From the NCBI GenBank assembly GCA_037139955.1, contig JBAXFK010000001.1:5402-69401 (forward strand): a stretch of DNA of 64,000 bases, in the 5' to 3' direction. Made by a program: the position numbers and the translations under genes. Within the stretch, counting starts at the first letter, position 1; each line of letters begins with the position of its first letter. Of this stretch, positions 38,332 to 49,003 are shown one piece after another. A model generated the notes under the pieces. It saw nothing but the letters and a program-made list of their open reading frames with translations. It searched no databases and was not told where the DNA came from. Source of the stretch: Rhodospirillales bacterium. GTDB taxonomy: Bacteria > Pseudomonadota > Alphaproteobacteria > Acetobacterales > Acetobacteraceae.

Positions 38332-39102
38332 TTAGCGTCCCTTGAAGTTGGGTTGACGCTTTTCCTTAAACGCAGCGACGCCTTCGCGATGATCCTCGGA
38401 CTGGCCGAGTTGCGGTTGGACGAAATGCTCGACGTCGAGAAATTCTTCGTAGGTGCCGTTCGCCATGTTGAACATTTTTTTCGCCATGCCGAAGGCGAAG
38501 GTGGGACCGGCAGCAAGATCGGCGGCGAGTTCGTCCGTCGCGGCCTCCAATTCGGCATCCGGCACGACTTTGTTGACCAGACCGAGCGCGAGGGCCTCCT
38601 GGGCGTCCACGAAACGACCGGTGAACACCAGTTCTTTGGCTTTGGCCATGCCGATGCGCTTGGTCAGATACCAAATCGCACCACCGTCCGGCGCAAGGCC
38701 GATGCGGCGGAAGATTTGCGAAAACCGCGCGGTTTCCGAGGCGATCACCATGTCGCAACCCATAGCGATGCTCCAACCGATTCCGACAGTCGGGCCGCGT
38801 ACCGACGCGATGACCGGCTTTTCGATGGAATGCAGCACCCGCATGTAGGAATGCGAGCCTGCGGCCAGCTTTTCCCGCTCCCCGCGCAAATCCTTGCGCT
38901 CCATCCCGCCGACGTCGGCACCGGTACAGAAGGCACGGCCCTCCCCGGTGACGACAATAGCGCGGACAGCCTCGTTGAAGCGGAGTTCGGAAAAATGCTC
39001 CCGAAGCTGCTGACGCATCTCCCACGTCAGCGCATTCAGCCGCTCGGGGCGGTTCAGCACGACTTTGGCGACGGCGCCTTCGATACGTAGGTCGACGGGC
39101 AT
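38332..39102 (-). CDS. enoyl-CoA hydratase/isomerase (crotonase) family protein
   Basis: Start at the ATG at 39102 (MPVDLRIEGAVAKVVLNRPERLNAL). Contains FCTGADV and the G-loop region and the AFKEKRQPNFKG tail. Confidence 0.85.
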   Translation of the reverse strand: MPVDLRIEGAVAKVVLNRPERLNALTWEMRQQLREHFSELRFNEAVRAIVVTGEGRAFCTGADVGGMERKDLRGEREKLAAGSHSYMRVLHSIEKPVIASVRGPTVGIGWSIAMGCDMVIASETARFSQIFRRIGLAPDGGAIWYLTKRIGMAKAKELVFTGRFVDAQEALALGLVNKVVPDAELEAATDELAADLAAGPTFAFGMAKKMFNMANGTYEEFLDVEHFVQPQLGQSEDHREGVAAFKEKRQPNFKGR

Positions 39103-39260
39103 GGGCGTTCCTCCTGTTGCGCATATCCAAGCGGGTCGGGGGGCGCGGGGCAAGAGTGGGCGCGGGCCGCCATACGAGGCTGCGTTAGACGTCATCCAGG
39201 CCCGCCGAACGGTCGCACCGGCGGGCGCCAAAACGACACCGCGACGGACCGTAGCAGCCA

Positions 39261-39308
39261 CAAAAGACAGGTCCGCTGCTCGTGCTCAACCGGGCAAGAG
39301 CAGCGGAC
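39261..39308 (-). terminator. rho-independent terminator after the PEP-CTERM gene
   Basis: Perfect 11-bp stem GTCCGCTGCTC/GAGCAGCGGAC (39271-39281 and 39298-39308) with a 16-nt loop, followed on the minus strand by CTGTCTTTTGTGG. Confidence 0.7.
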
Positions 39309-39313
39309 GCATG

Positions 39314-40048
39314 TCAGACCGAGACCGCAGTCGGCGGAGAGAACAGGAAACGTGCCCGTTTCAGACCGAGACCGATGAGCCCGCAGGCGAGCAGCGCGAG
39401 CGATGACGGCTCCGGAGCCGGGGCCGGCGGGCCGGACGAACTCAGACTCAGTTGGTTGATGGCGAAATTACCGCAACTGGAACCGCACGAGACCATAGTA
39501 TAAACCACCTTGGTGATTTCGGCATATTGATCGGTCACGCCCAGATAGATCGCAGCATTGTCCACGTTGTTCGTGGTTGTACCGGATTCGGTATAGCTGC
39601 CAAGCAACGTCGTTCCGTTATAGACGTCCATCTGCGCGGTAAATGTCCCGGTGGAGCCGAGAAGCGTATAGTTCAAGCCGATTTGCGAGCCAATGCGCGA
39701 GAGCGGCGTATCGAAATTCAGAGTGATCGGTCCATTGTTACCGCCCGTCCACAGCAGGTAGTCGCCGGACCCGAAATTACCGTGCCAAGTCGATCCTTCG
39801 CCACGAATTTGGCCGGTGCCGGAGCCAAGCAGGACCGTTCCATGGATAAGCCCTGGGATCGGTCCGCTAGTTCCGAACGCCACGCCGGACGAGAAGGAAG
39901 TGACGGGTGTCCCGATCCAGTTCCAGTTAACAGTGTTCGTCGTCGTCGGGCGGATCGTCTCGATTGTCGGCGTTGCAACGGCCGGGGCGATACTGGCGGC
40001 AACCAAGCAGAGTATGATTGCAATTACGAAATAACTTCTCAGGTTCAT
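39314..40048 (-). CDS. PEP-CTERM sorting-domain secreted protein
   Basis: Signal peptide MNLRSYFVIAIILCLVAASIAPAVA. The C-terminal PAPEPSSLALLACGLIGLGLKRARF is the PEP motif plus a TM segment plus a basic cluster. Confidence 0.75.
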   Translation of the reverse strand: MNLRSYFVIAIILCLVAASIAPAVATPTIETIRPTTTNTVNWNWIGTPVTSFSSGVAFGTSGPIPGLIHGTVLLGSGTGQIRGEGSTWHGNFGSGDYLLWTGGNNGPITLNFDTPLSRIGSQIGLNYTLLGSTGTFTAQMDVYNGTTLLGSYTESGTTTNNVDNAAIYLGVTDQYAEITKVVYTMVSCGSSCGNFAINQLSLSSSGPPAPAPEPSSLALLACGLIGLGLKRARFLFSPPTAVSV

Positions 40049-40338
40049 GCTGCGTCCTCCTCGCGCGGGCGGCAAAAGTGCCTCCGCAGCGGCACGGTAA
40101 ACGCAAAGATTTTTTCACACAATCGCCTCGATCGATATTCCGCAACAATCCCGTTGCCCTGCTTCACCGCGTTCGGCCTACACTATATTGCTTTCGAGTT
40201 GCGGTATTCGATGTCCAGCAATACCGGCGCCTTCGCTCACCGCGCCAGTCAGTGCGCGATCGAACCATCGCGGACCAACCCCCTTCCCCGCCGGACGCCA
40301 TTCCGGCACGCTGCCGACAACACCAAGGAGTCCGTTCC

Positions 40339-41124
40339 ATGCCCCTAACCCAAAACACCACCAAGCGCCGCATGGCCGCCGGCCAGATGGGCCTCGGTTT
40401 CGGTGTGCATCATCTGCGCACTGTCGCCACCCCTGTCCTTGCCAAGGCCACCGGCCACGACTGGATCTTCATCGATACCGAGCACGGGGCGTTCTCGGTG
40501 CAGGAGACGACGCAGCTGTGTATTGCTGCACTGCCCACCGGCGTCACCCCGATCGTGCGCGTGTGCGCCGGCGCCATCGACGAGGCCACCCGCGCCCTCG
40601 ACAACGGGGCGCTCGGCATCGTCGTGCCGCATGTCGATACCGCAGCCGAGGCCAAACGCATCGCCGCTGCCTTCCGCTATCCGCCGCAAGGCACCCGGTC
40701 CTGGGGCGGACCGCCGGCCGTGTATGGCTACAAAGCGCCGGCTACCATCGAGGCGCAGGCCGCGATCAACGCCGAAATCCTGACTGTGGTCATGCTCGAA
40801 AGCCCGCTGGCCATTGCCAATGCCGACGAAATTGCGGCGGTGGACGGGATCGACGTGCTGTTCATCGGCACCTCCGACCTGACTGCGGAACTCGGCATTT
40901 CCGGCCAGATGGGCCATCCCAAGGTGATCGACGCCTACCGAAAAGTGGGCGAAGCCTGCAAAAAGCACGGCAAAGTATTGGGCATGGGTGGCGTCTACGA
41001 CGAAGAAAACGCGCGCCGCTACGTCCAGATGGGCGCCCGCTTCATTCTTTCGGGTTCGGATCATAGCTATGTCGTCGCGGGCGCCGACAACCGCGCGGCG
41101 TTCTTCAACAACCTCGTCGGATAG
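40339..41124 (+). CDS. HpcH/HpaI family aldolase
   Basis: 261 aa. The blocks DWIFIDTEHG, GIVVPHVDTAAEA, RYPPQGTRS, VMLESP and DVLFIGTSDL are typical of the 2-keto-3-deoxy-acid aldolase family. Confidence 0.8.
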   Translation: MPLTQNTTKRRMAAGQMGLGFGVHHLRTVATPVLAKATGHDWIFIDTEHGAFSVQETTQLCIAALPTGVTPIVRVCAGAIDEATRALDNGALGIVVPHVDTAAEAKRIAAAFRYPPQGTRSWGGPPAVYGYKAPATIEAQAAINAEILTVVMLESPLAIANADEIAAVDGIDVLFIGTSDLTAELGISGQMGHPKVIDAYRKVGEACKKHGKVLGMGGVYDEENARRYVQMGARFILSGSDHSYVVAGADNRAAFFNNLVG

Positions 41125-41127
41125 TCG

Positions 41128-42115
41128 ATGCATTTCGACCCGAGGCTCTGGGCACTCACCCAGGGGCAGCGCGGCAAAATGGCCTGGGGCGTTGTCCTTG
41201 GCCTGCTCGCCTTGCTGGCCGGCATCGCCCGCTTTGCCTTCCTCGGGCGCTTTATCGCGCTGGTGTTCCAGCAGCGGCCGGCGGCGGAACTGGCACCGCC
41301 GCTCCTGGCCGCCGCCGCCGCGATCCTGATACGGGCTTGGCTGGATCACGCACGCACGCTGACGGCGCATCGATCGGCGTCGGCAATCCAGATCGACCTG
41401 CGCGGCCGCCTATACGACAAAATCCTGGCGCTCGGTCCAGCTTGGTTCGGTGCCGAACGGACCGGCGGCGTCATGCTGTCGATGGTCGACGGGGTGGAGC
41501 AACTCCAGACGTTCTTTGGCCAATACATTCCGCAGTTGACCATCGCCGCCTTCGCCCCGATCGCGATTTTCGCGTTCGTCGCGTGGTGGGATTTGCCGGT
41601 CGCCACCGTCATGCTGGCCGCGGCCCTATTCACCCTCATCCTGCCGATGACCGTCAACCGCCGATCCGCCCTAGCCTCCCGCGCGCGGCAGCGGGCGTTC
41701 AAAAGTTTCGGGGAGGAGTTTTTGGACGCCGTCCAAGGCCTGCCCACCTTGAAAGCCTTCGGCCAGAGCGGGTCTTATGGCGCCATGCTGGGCGCCAAAG
41801 CGCGGGCGCTGTCGGATTCCACCTTCTGGGTCCTGGCGATCAGCGTGATGACGCGCGGGCTGACCGACCTCGGCACTGCTTTGGGCGCGGCGGCAGCGCT
41901 GGTCTACGGCGCCTACCGGGTGAACGCGGGCGACATGAGCCTGGAGGCGCTGCTGATCGTCCTCATGGCCGGCACCGAGATTTTCCGCCCGTTGCGCGAT
42001 TTGCGCGGCGTTCTGCACGCCGGGCTGAACGGCGAGTCCGCCGCCGCCGGCATTCGCGCGCTGCTGGATACCCCCGTCGCCGCACCGTCCGGCAACAAGG
42101 CACCGGTAACCACGG
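41128..42115 (+). pseudogene. ABC exporter (CydD/CydC-like type I transmembrane domain), truncated at the palindrome axis with no nucleotide-binding domain
   Basis: A six-helix TMD pattern runs up to ...LLDTPVAAPSGNKAPVTTAV. At 42116 the sequence becomes its own reverse complement, so the listed 396-aa ORF is chimeric. Confidence 0.7.
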
Positions 42116-43103
42116 CCGTGGTTACCGGTGCCTTGTTGCCGGACGGTGCGGCGACGGGGGTATCCAGCAGCGCGCGAATGCCGGCGGCGGCGGACTCGCC
42201 GTTCAGCCCGGCGTGCAGAACGCCGCGCAAATCGCGCAACGGGCGGAAAATCTCGGTGCCGGCCATGAGGACGATCAGCAGCGCCTCCAGGCTCATGTCG
42301 CCCGCGTTCACCCGGTAGGCGCCGTAGACCAGCGCTGCCGCCGCGCCCAAAGCAGTGCCGAGGTCGGTCAGCCCGCGCGTCATCACGCTGATCGCCAGGA
42401 CCCAGAAGGTGGAATCCGACAGCGCCCGCGCTTTGGCGCCCAGCATGGCGCCATAAGACCCGCTCTGGCCGAAGGCTTTCAAGGTGGGCAGGCCTTGGAC
42501 GGCGTCCAAAAACTCCTCCCCGAAACTTTTGAACGCCCGCTGCCGCGCGCGGGAGGCTAGGGCGGATCGGCGGTTGACGGTCATCGGCAGGATGAGGGTG
42601 AATAGGGCCGCGGCCAGCATGACGGTGGCGACCGGCAAATCCCACCACGCGACGAACGCGAAAATCGCGATCGGGGCGAAGGCGGCGATGGTCAACTGCG
42701 GAATGTATTGGCCAAAGAACGTCTGGAGTTGCTCCACCCCGTCGACCATCGACAGCATGACGCCGCCGGTCCGTTCGGCACCGAACCAAGCTGGACCGAG
42801 CGCCAGGATTTTGTCGTATAGGCGGCCGCGCAGGTCGATCTGGATTGCCGACGCCGATCGATGCGCCGTCAGCGTGCGTGCGTGATCCAGCCAAGCCCGT
42901 ATCAGGATCGCGGCGGCGGCGGCCAGGAGCGGCGGTGCCAGTTCCGCCGCCGGCCGCTGCTGGAACACCAGCGCGATAAAGCGCCCGAGGAAGGCAAAGC
43001 GGGCGATGCCGGCCAGCAAGGCGAGCAGGCCAAGGACAACGCCCCAGGCCATTTTGCCGCGCTGCCCCTGGGTGAGTGCCCAGAGCCTCGGGTCGAAATG
43101 CAT
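42116..43103 (-). pseudogene. mirror copy of the truncated ABC exporter TMD
   Basis: Mirror of 41128-42115. Confidence 0.7.
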
Positions 43104-43106
43104 CGA

Positions 43107-43892
43107 CTATCCGACGAGGTTGTTGAAGAACGCCGCGCGGTTGTCGGCGCCCGCGACGACATAGCTATGATCCGAACCCGAAAGAATGAAGCGGGCGCCC
43201 ATCTGGACGTAGCGGCGCGCGTTTTCTTCGTCGTAGACGCCACCCATGCCCAATACTTTGCCGTGCTTTTTGCAGGCTTCGCCCACTTTTCGGTAGGCGT
43301 CGATCACCTTGGGATGGCCCATCTGGCCGGAAATGCCGAGTTCCGCAGTCAGGTCGGAGGTGCCGATGAACAGCACGTCGATCCCGTCCACCGCCGCAAT
43401 TTCGTCGGCATTGGCAATGGCCAGCGGGCTTTCGAGCATGACCACAGTCAGGATTTCGGCGTTGATCGCGGCCTGCGCCTCGATGGTAGCCGGCGCTTTG
43501 TAGCCATACACGGCCGGCGGTCCGCCCCAGGACCGGGTGCCTTGCGGCGGATAGCGGAAGGCAGCGGCGATGCGTTTGGCCTCGGCTGCGGTATCGACAT
43601 GCGGCACGACGATGCCGAGCGCCCCGTTGTCGAGGGCGCGGGTGGCCTCGTCGATGGCGCCGGCGCACACGCGCACGATCGGGGTGACGCCGGTGGGCAG
43701 TGCAGCAATACACAGCTGCGTCGTCTCCTGCACCGAGAACGCCCCGTGCTCGGTATCGATGAAGATCCAGTCGTGGCCGGTGGCCTTGGCAAGGACAGGG
43801 GTGGCGACAGTGCGCAGATGATGCACACCGAAACCGAGGCCCATCTGGCCGGCGGCCATGCGGCGCTTGGTGGTGTTTTGGGTTAGGGGCAT
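43107..43892 (-). CDS. HpcH/HpaI family aldolase (mirror copy)
   Basis: Mirror of 40339-41124, identical translation. Confidence 0.75.
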   Translation of the reverse strand: MPLTQNTTKRRMAAGQMGLGFGVHHLRTVATPVLAKATGHDWIFIDTEHGAFSVQETTQLCIAALPTGVTPIVRVCAGAIDEATRALDNGALGIVVPHVDTAAEAKRIAAAFRYPPQGTRSWGGPPAVYGYKAPATIEAQAAINAEILTVVMLESPLAIANADEIAAVDGIDVLFIGTSDLTAELGISGQMGHPKVIDAYRKVGEACKKHGKVLGMGGVYDEENARRYVQMGARFILSGSDHSYVVAGADNRAAFFNNLVG

Positions 43893-44182
43893 GGAACGGA
43901 CTCCTTGGTGTTGTCGGCAGCGTGCCGGAATGGCGTCCGGCGGGGAAGGGGGTTGGTCCGCGATGGTTCGATCGCGCACTGACTGGCGCGGTGAGCGAAG
44001 GCGCCGGTATTGCTGGACATCGAATACCGCAACTCGAAAGCAATATAGTGTAGGCCGAACGCGGTGAAGCAGGGCAACGGGATTGTTGCGGAATATCGAT
44101 CGAGGCGATTGTGTGAAAAAATCTTTGCGTTTACCGTGCCGCTGCGGAGGCACTTTTGCCGCCCGCGCGAGGAGGACGCAGC

Positions 44183-44917
44183 ATGAACCTGAGAAGTTAT
44201 TTCGTAATTGCAATCATACTCTGCTTGGTTGCCGCCAGTATCGCCCCGGCCGTTGCAACGCCGACAATCGAGACGATCCGCCCGACGACGACGAACACTG
44301 TTAACTGGAACTGGATCGGGACACCCGTCACTTCCTTCTCGTCCGGCGTGGCGTTCGGAACTAGCGGACCGATCCCAGGGCTTATCCATGGAACGGTCCT
44401 GCTTGGCTCCGGCACCGGCCAAATTCGTGGCGAAGGATCGACTTGGCACGGTAATTTCGGGTCCGGCGACTACCTGCTGTGGACGGGCGGTAACAATGGA
44501 CCGATCACTCTGAATTTCGATACGCCGCTCTCGCGCATTGGCTCGCAAATCGGCTTGAACTATACGCTTCTCGGCTCCACCGGGACATTTACCGCGCAGA
44601 TGGACGTCTATAACGGAACGACGTTGCTTGGCAGCTATACCGAATCCGGTACAACCACGAACAACGTGGACAATGCTGCGATCTATCTGGGCGTGACCGA
44701 TCAATATGCCGAAATCACCAAGGTGGTTTATACTATGGTCTCGTGCGGTTCCAGTTGCGGTAATTTCGCCATCAACCAACTGAGTCTGAGTTCGTCCGGC
44801 CCGCCGGCCCCGGCTCCGGAGCCGTCATCGCTCGCGCTGCTCGCCTGCGGGCTCATCGGTCTCGGTCTGAAACGGGCACGTTTCCTGTTCTCTCCGCCGA
44901 CTGCGGTCTCGGTCTGA
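44183..44917 (+). CDS. PEP-CTERM sorting-domain protein (mirror copy)
   Basis: Mirror of 39314-40048. Confidence 0.7.
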   Translation: MNLRSYFVIAIILCLVAASIAPAVATPTIETIRPTTTNTVNWNWIGTPVTSFSSGVAFGTSGPIPGLIHGTVLLGSGTGQIRGEGSTWHGNFGSGDYLLWTGGNNGPITLNFDTPLSRIGSQIGLNYTLLGSTGTFTAQMDVYNGTTLLGSYTESGTTTNNVDNAAIYLGVTDQYAEITKVVYTMVSCGSSCGNFAINQLSLSSSGPPAPAPEPSSLALLACGLIGLGLKRARFLFSPPTAVSV

Positions 44918-44922
44918 CATGC

Positions 44923-44970
44923 GTCCGCTGCTCTTGCCCGGTTGAGCACGAGCAGCGGACCTGTCTTTTG
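44923..44970 (+). terminator. rho-independent terminator (mirror copy)
   Basis: Mirror of 39261-39308. Confidence 0.65.
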
Positions 44971-45128
44971 TGGCTGCTACGGTCCGTCGCGGTGTCGTTT
45001 TGGCGCCCGCCGGTGCGACCGTTCGGCGGGCCTGGATGACGTCTAACGCAGCCTCGTATGGCGGCCCGCGCCCACTCTTGCCCCGCGCCCCCCGACCCGC
45101 TTGGATATGCGCAACAGGAGGAACGCCC

Positions 45129-45899
45129 ATGCCCGTCGACCTACGTATCGAAGGCGCCGTCGCCAAAGTCGTGCTGAACCGCCCCGAGCGGCTGAATGCG
45201 CTGACGTGGGAGATGCGTCAGCAGCTTCGGGAGCATTTTTCCGAACTCCGCTTCAACGAGGCTGTCCGCGCTATTGTCGTCACCGGGGAGGGCCGTGCCT
45301 TCTGTACCGGTGCCGACGTCGGCGGGATGGAGCGCAAGGATTTGCGCGGGGAGCGGGAAAAGCTGGCCGCAGGCTCGCATTCCTACATGCGGGTGCTGCA
45401 TTCCATCGAAAAGCCGGTCATCGCGTCGGTACGCGGCCCGACTGTCGGAATCGGTTGGAGCATCGCTATGGGTTGCGACATGGTGATCGCCTCGGAAACC
45501 GCGCGGTTTTCGCAAATCTTCCGCCGCATCGGCCTTGCGCCGGACGGTGGTGCGATTTGGTATCTGACCAAGCGCATCGGCATGGCCAAAGCCAAAGAAC
45601 TGGTGTTCACCGGTCGTTTCGTGGACGCCCAGGAGGCCCTCGCGCTCGGTCTGGTCAACAAAGTCGTGCCGGATGCCGAATTGGAGGCCGCGACGGACGA
45701 ACTCGCCGCCGATCTTGCTGCCGGTCCCACCTTCGCCTTCGGCATGGCGAAAAAAATGTTCAACATGGCGAACGGCACCTACGAAGAATTTCTCGACGTC
45801 GAGCATTTCGTCCAACCGCAACTCGGCCAGTCCGAGGATCATCGCGAAGGCGTCGCTGCGTTTAAGGAAAAGCGTCAACCCAACTTCAAGGGACGCTAA
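45129..45899 (+). CDS. enoyl-CoA hydratase/isomerase family protein (mirror copy)
   Basis: Mirror of 38332-39102. Confidence 0.8.
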   Translation: MPVDLRIEGAVAKVVLNRPERLNALTWEMRQQLREHFSELRFNEAVRAIVVTGEGRAFCTGADVGGMERKDLRGEREKLAAGSHSYMRVLHSIEKPVIASVRGPTVGIGWSIAMGCDMVIASETARFSQIFRRIGLAPDGGAIWYLTKRIGMAKAKELVFTGRFVDAQEALALGLVNKVVPDAELEAATDELAADLAAGPTFAFGMAKKMFNMANGTYEEFLDVEHFVQPQLGQSEDHREGVAAFKEKRQPNFKGR

Positions 45900-45902
45900 T
45901 TC

Positions 45903-46697
45903 ATGCCCAGCATCGACATCGACGGCAGGCCGATCCACTACGCCGAGGCCGGCAACGGTCCGCCTTTGGTGTTGGTGCATGGAACGTTACTCGACCAGCG
46001 CTATTGGGCGCCGCAGATGGACGCCTTCGCGGCGCGCTATCGTGTCTACGCGCTCAGCATGCTCGGCTGTTGGCCGACGGTATGGGACGGGCAGGATTTC
46101 ACCATTGCTCGTCATACCGCCGACGTTGCCGGGTTCATCCAGGCGGTCGGCGGTCGCGCGCGGTTGTTGGGCCATTCGCGGGGCGGGCATATTTCGTTCC
46201 GAGTGGCCAGCGAACACCCCGAACTGGTGGAAGAACTGGTGCTGTCCGAACCCGGCGGCGATTGCGACACGACGCTGGGCGGTTCAATCGCAGCGGGCAG
46301 TCAGGTCGCGGGCTTCAACGCCGTGGCGGCGGAGATCGGGGCCGGGCGCATCGATGACGGGATGCGGCAGTTCGTCGATCGCGTCTACGGTCCCGGGGTC
46401 TGGGACCGCTGGCCCGATGCCCCCCGCCAACACCATCGCGAAAACGCCCGTTCCATGCTCGGGCAAGCGCACGAGAACCGGAAACCGTACTCGCTGGCTG
46501 CCGCGCGGGCGATCCAGGCGCGCACCCTGCTGGTGAATGGCGGCGACACCCCGCCGTCCTTCGTTGCCAATGTCGAAGCGCTGGTGCGGGCGATCCCGGA
46601 CGTCCGCCGCGTCGTCATCCCCGGCACAACGCACGATTTGAGCAATGAAGACCCGACACGGTTCAACGCGGCGGTGCTGGATTTTCTGACGGTTTGA
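45903..46697 (+). CDS. alpha/beta fold hydrolase (mirror copy)
   Basis: Mirror of 37534-38328. Confidence 0.75.
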   Translation: MPSIDIDGRPIHYAEAGNGPPLVLVHGTLLDQRYWAPQMDAFAARYRVYALSMLGCWPTVWDGQDFTIARHTADVAGFIQAVGGRARLLGHSRGGHISFRVASEHPELVEELVLSEPGGDCDTTLGGSIAAGSQVAGFNAVAAEIGAGRIDDGMRQFVDRVYGPGVWDRWPDAPRQHHRENARSMLGQAHENRKPYSLAAARAIQARTLLVNGGDTPPSFVANVEALVRAIPDVRRVVIPGTTHDLSNEDPTRFNAAVLDFLTV

Positions 46698-46808
46698 CGA
46701 GGGCGTTCCGTGTGGCTGCAACCCTCATAGTGCCGATGGTAATGGCAACTAAGGGCTAGCTTGCGCATTGAAGAAGGGTGTCGCGCGGGCAGAGGAACGC
46801 TCGCGCCC

Positions 46809-47006
46809 CTAACGAAACATCGCGAAATACAGGACAAATCCAGCCACACCGGCCAGATAGCACCCCGCTGCCACTCTGCGGATGCGCGTCGCGTAGGGCC
46901 GCAACGGCGGGATGTGGCCGACGAATATCAGAACCACCATCGTCGCAAGACCGAGTGCGTGGCCAGCCGTCATCTCGGCGGGGGTAACGACTTCTAGGAA
47001 TCCCAT
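46809..47006 (-). CDS. small two-TM membrane protein (mirror copy)
   Basis: Mirror of 37225-37422. Confidence 0.4.
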   Translation of the reverse strand: MGFLEVVTPAEMTAGHALGLATMVVLIFVGHIPPLRPYATRIRRVAAGCYLAGVAGFVLYFAMFR

Positions 47007-47152
47007 GCGATAACCTCCGGCAAGACAATAACCCGGCAAGACAATAACACAGAGGACGTCCCCCATGCTCGGCAATCCCCCGATCCTGACCATCCATCGC
47101 GGCCACCGTCGTCCCGACCCGGCTCTGGTCGCCCGGTTTCGACGCAGACCCG

Positions 47153-47424
47153 ATGCTCGACCTAGCCTATAAATGCAATGGGTCGCTGAACAGCGACGGT
47201 TACCTCAACGCCGAGGTCCACAAATTTTTTGAAGCCCAGTCGCTGGAAAGCGAACTGTCAAGCATCAGTAACTGCTTTTTTAGATCGAATACAAACTGAT
47301 TGACGATGGTGCTCGCTCGATTATCTTATACACCCACGCGGGTACTTCCTGGCGCCCCTACGTCAAGAACGTTACCATGACGGTCAACGGCCTGTTCAAC
47401 GGTGCTCGGCGGGAGGATCGGTGA
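47153..47424 (+). pseudogene. family-5 SBP C-terminal fragment (mirror copy)
   Basis: Mirror of 36807-37078. The frameshift was read directly around 47291-47299. Confidence 0.35.
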
Positions 47425-47616
47425 CTGGAAAAATGAGCTTAATCGTTCAACCAGCGGTTCAGCTTCACTTAAACGGCGGCCGCGTAGTCTAGCCGATGCA
47501 GTGACGTCGGAACTGCCGCCTAGCACGAACCCCTCAAACGGCGAATGCCACGGTGAAACGGAGATGGATGTCGAGAGTAGGCCGCTCGGCTCATCTGCTC
47601 GCATTTGCCATGTGGA

Positions 47617-48153
47617 TTATTGCTTTTTGCAATAATCCAGAACAATATACGGTGGCAATGGAAGCTCGGACGATTTTCCAGCGGCGGTTTGACCACCGGC
47701 AGCCGGGTTGGGGCCGGGACCCCATGGCGTGCTACCCCACTGAACGTCGCTGCCGTGACGACCGTCTGCAGCAACGTTAACGGTGACCGACAGCGATACG
47801 CCCGCCTGCCCTCCCGTCACTATGGTTGCGGGTGTAGACGCTTGGAAAGTGCCTCCCGCGCCAATAACAAATCTGCCAGCTGCTTCCGTGAGCGGCGCCC
47901 AACCTTGCGGGCAGATTCTACTCGGGTCAGTTCGTAGGAATGCCATGACTGCACCCGATGGGATCACGGCAGGTGGGGACCGTCTCAACTCGGCAACAGC
48001 TTTGCGAAGTTCTGCGATATCGCCCAAGCAGCCTTGAAGGTGGGCCTTCGTGGGGGGGTCCGGAAAAGGTGAAGGGCACTCGGCTTTGGTGACATGCGGC
48101 GTCACAACGAATAAAGCTGCAAGCGATGCGATGACAAGGCTAGTTCGCGACAT
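47617..48153 (-). CDS. secreted tail-collar-like protein (mirror copy)
   Basis: Mirror of 36078-36614. Confidence 0.45.
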   Translation of the reverse strand: MSRTSLVIASLAALFVVTPHVTKAECPSPFPDPPTKAHLQGCLGDIAELRKAVAELRRSPPAVIPSGAVMAFLRTDPSRICPQGWAPLTEAAGRFVIGAGGTFQASTPATIVTGGQAGVSLSVTVNVAADGRHGSDVQWGSTPWGPGPNPAAGGQTAAGKSSELPLPPYIVLDYCKKQ

Positions 48154-48718
48154 TTTAGTCCCTCCTAGTTGACGAGAATTTTCAAGTAAGCGTCTAATGG
48201 ATCCGGCATTGGTGTAGGGCACCACGGGAGGCCCGACCAAATACGACATGCAACAGGCGCCCCTTCAATTATATCTCGTAGGGCAACAACAACAGTCGCA
48301 ACACTTGCGAGGAAAACGCTCACCTTGGCCCCATAGCGGCCAAGCTCGCCCAGTCGGCCGGTTAGATTCATTGCTCGTCCAATGGTAGCCATCGATCATC
48401 CTCGGCAATGTTACGATTGTAAAGGATGTCGGGCCACCTATGCAAATTATAATTCCGATGGAAGTGGAGATTTTGGGAGATGCGGTTCTGGTCGGGTGCA
48501 AAGCATATTGGGTCTGTTGTACGATTGGTTCGTCTTGCATGCAGTTCCTCGTCCCGACGACATCCGCGCGACGATCACCGCATCCACTGCCGTCGCCACC
48601 CGCTCATCGCATGAAGCGAAATATTGCTTCTGCGACTGCTAGTGCCGCATGTGTCTATCCACCATCAGGAGATCCGGCATGGATGCCATAATGCCCGCCA
48701 TCCGCTCTCGACCGCACC

Positions 48719-49003
48719 ATGCTTGAGGACGCGCGTGTGTGCTTCCTGACCTACGACGACGAGCATCACCGATTGGCATTGATCCCCGTTCCCGGCCTGC
48801 AGGCACCGACCGAGTCCACCTTGGGCCTAGCGTCCAAAGCCTATAGTTACGCGACCCTGCGCGATCTGCTTTCCACCTGGAAGCGTCTGAAGCAACAAGG
48901 GATCCGACCGTACCGCCTGATCGGCATGCCCTTCGTGCCGCAAGACCTTGCCGCCGCGTTCGAGATTGGCGCGCCGGAAGAAAAACTCCTGCGTTGCCTT
49001 TAA
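48719..49003 (+). pseudogene. VOC/extradiol-dioxygenase-like fragment (mirror copy)
   Basis: Mirror of 35228-35512. Confidence 0.35.

Larger units (their letters stand above)
20231..42115 (+). repeat. left arm of spacer-less perfect palindrome (21,885 bp)
   Basis: All ORFs are mirrored with coordinate sum 84231. 20231-20270 is the exact reverse complement of 63961-64000. The axis reads ggtaaccacgg|ccgtggttacc. Confidence 0.97.

Noticed and set aside
42090-42141. Palindrome centre as a telomere-resolvase (hairpin telomere) site or a replication origin
   Set aside because: The dyad is not a discrete conserved site flanked by unique DNA. It is the midpoint of a 43.8-kb mirror and lies inside a coding sequence. 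No resolvase, partition or replication genes are nearby. I keep it only as a low-probability alternative under the main finding.
41337-42894. Pair of identical 407-aa ORFs (41337..42560 + and 41671..42894 -) and the 396-aa ORFs crossing the axis
   Set aside because: They exist only because the sequence is self-complementary across 42115|42116. Each is part sense, part antisense of the same DNA and is not a gene.
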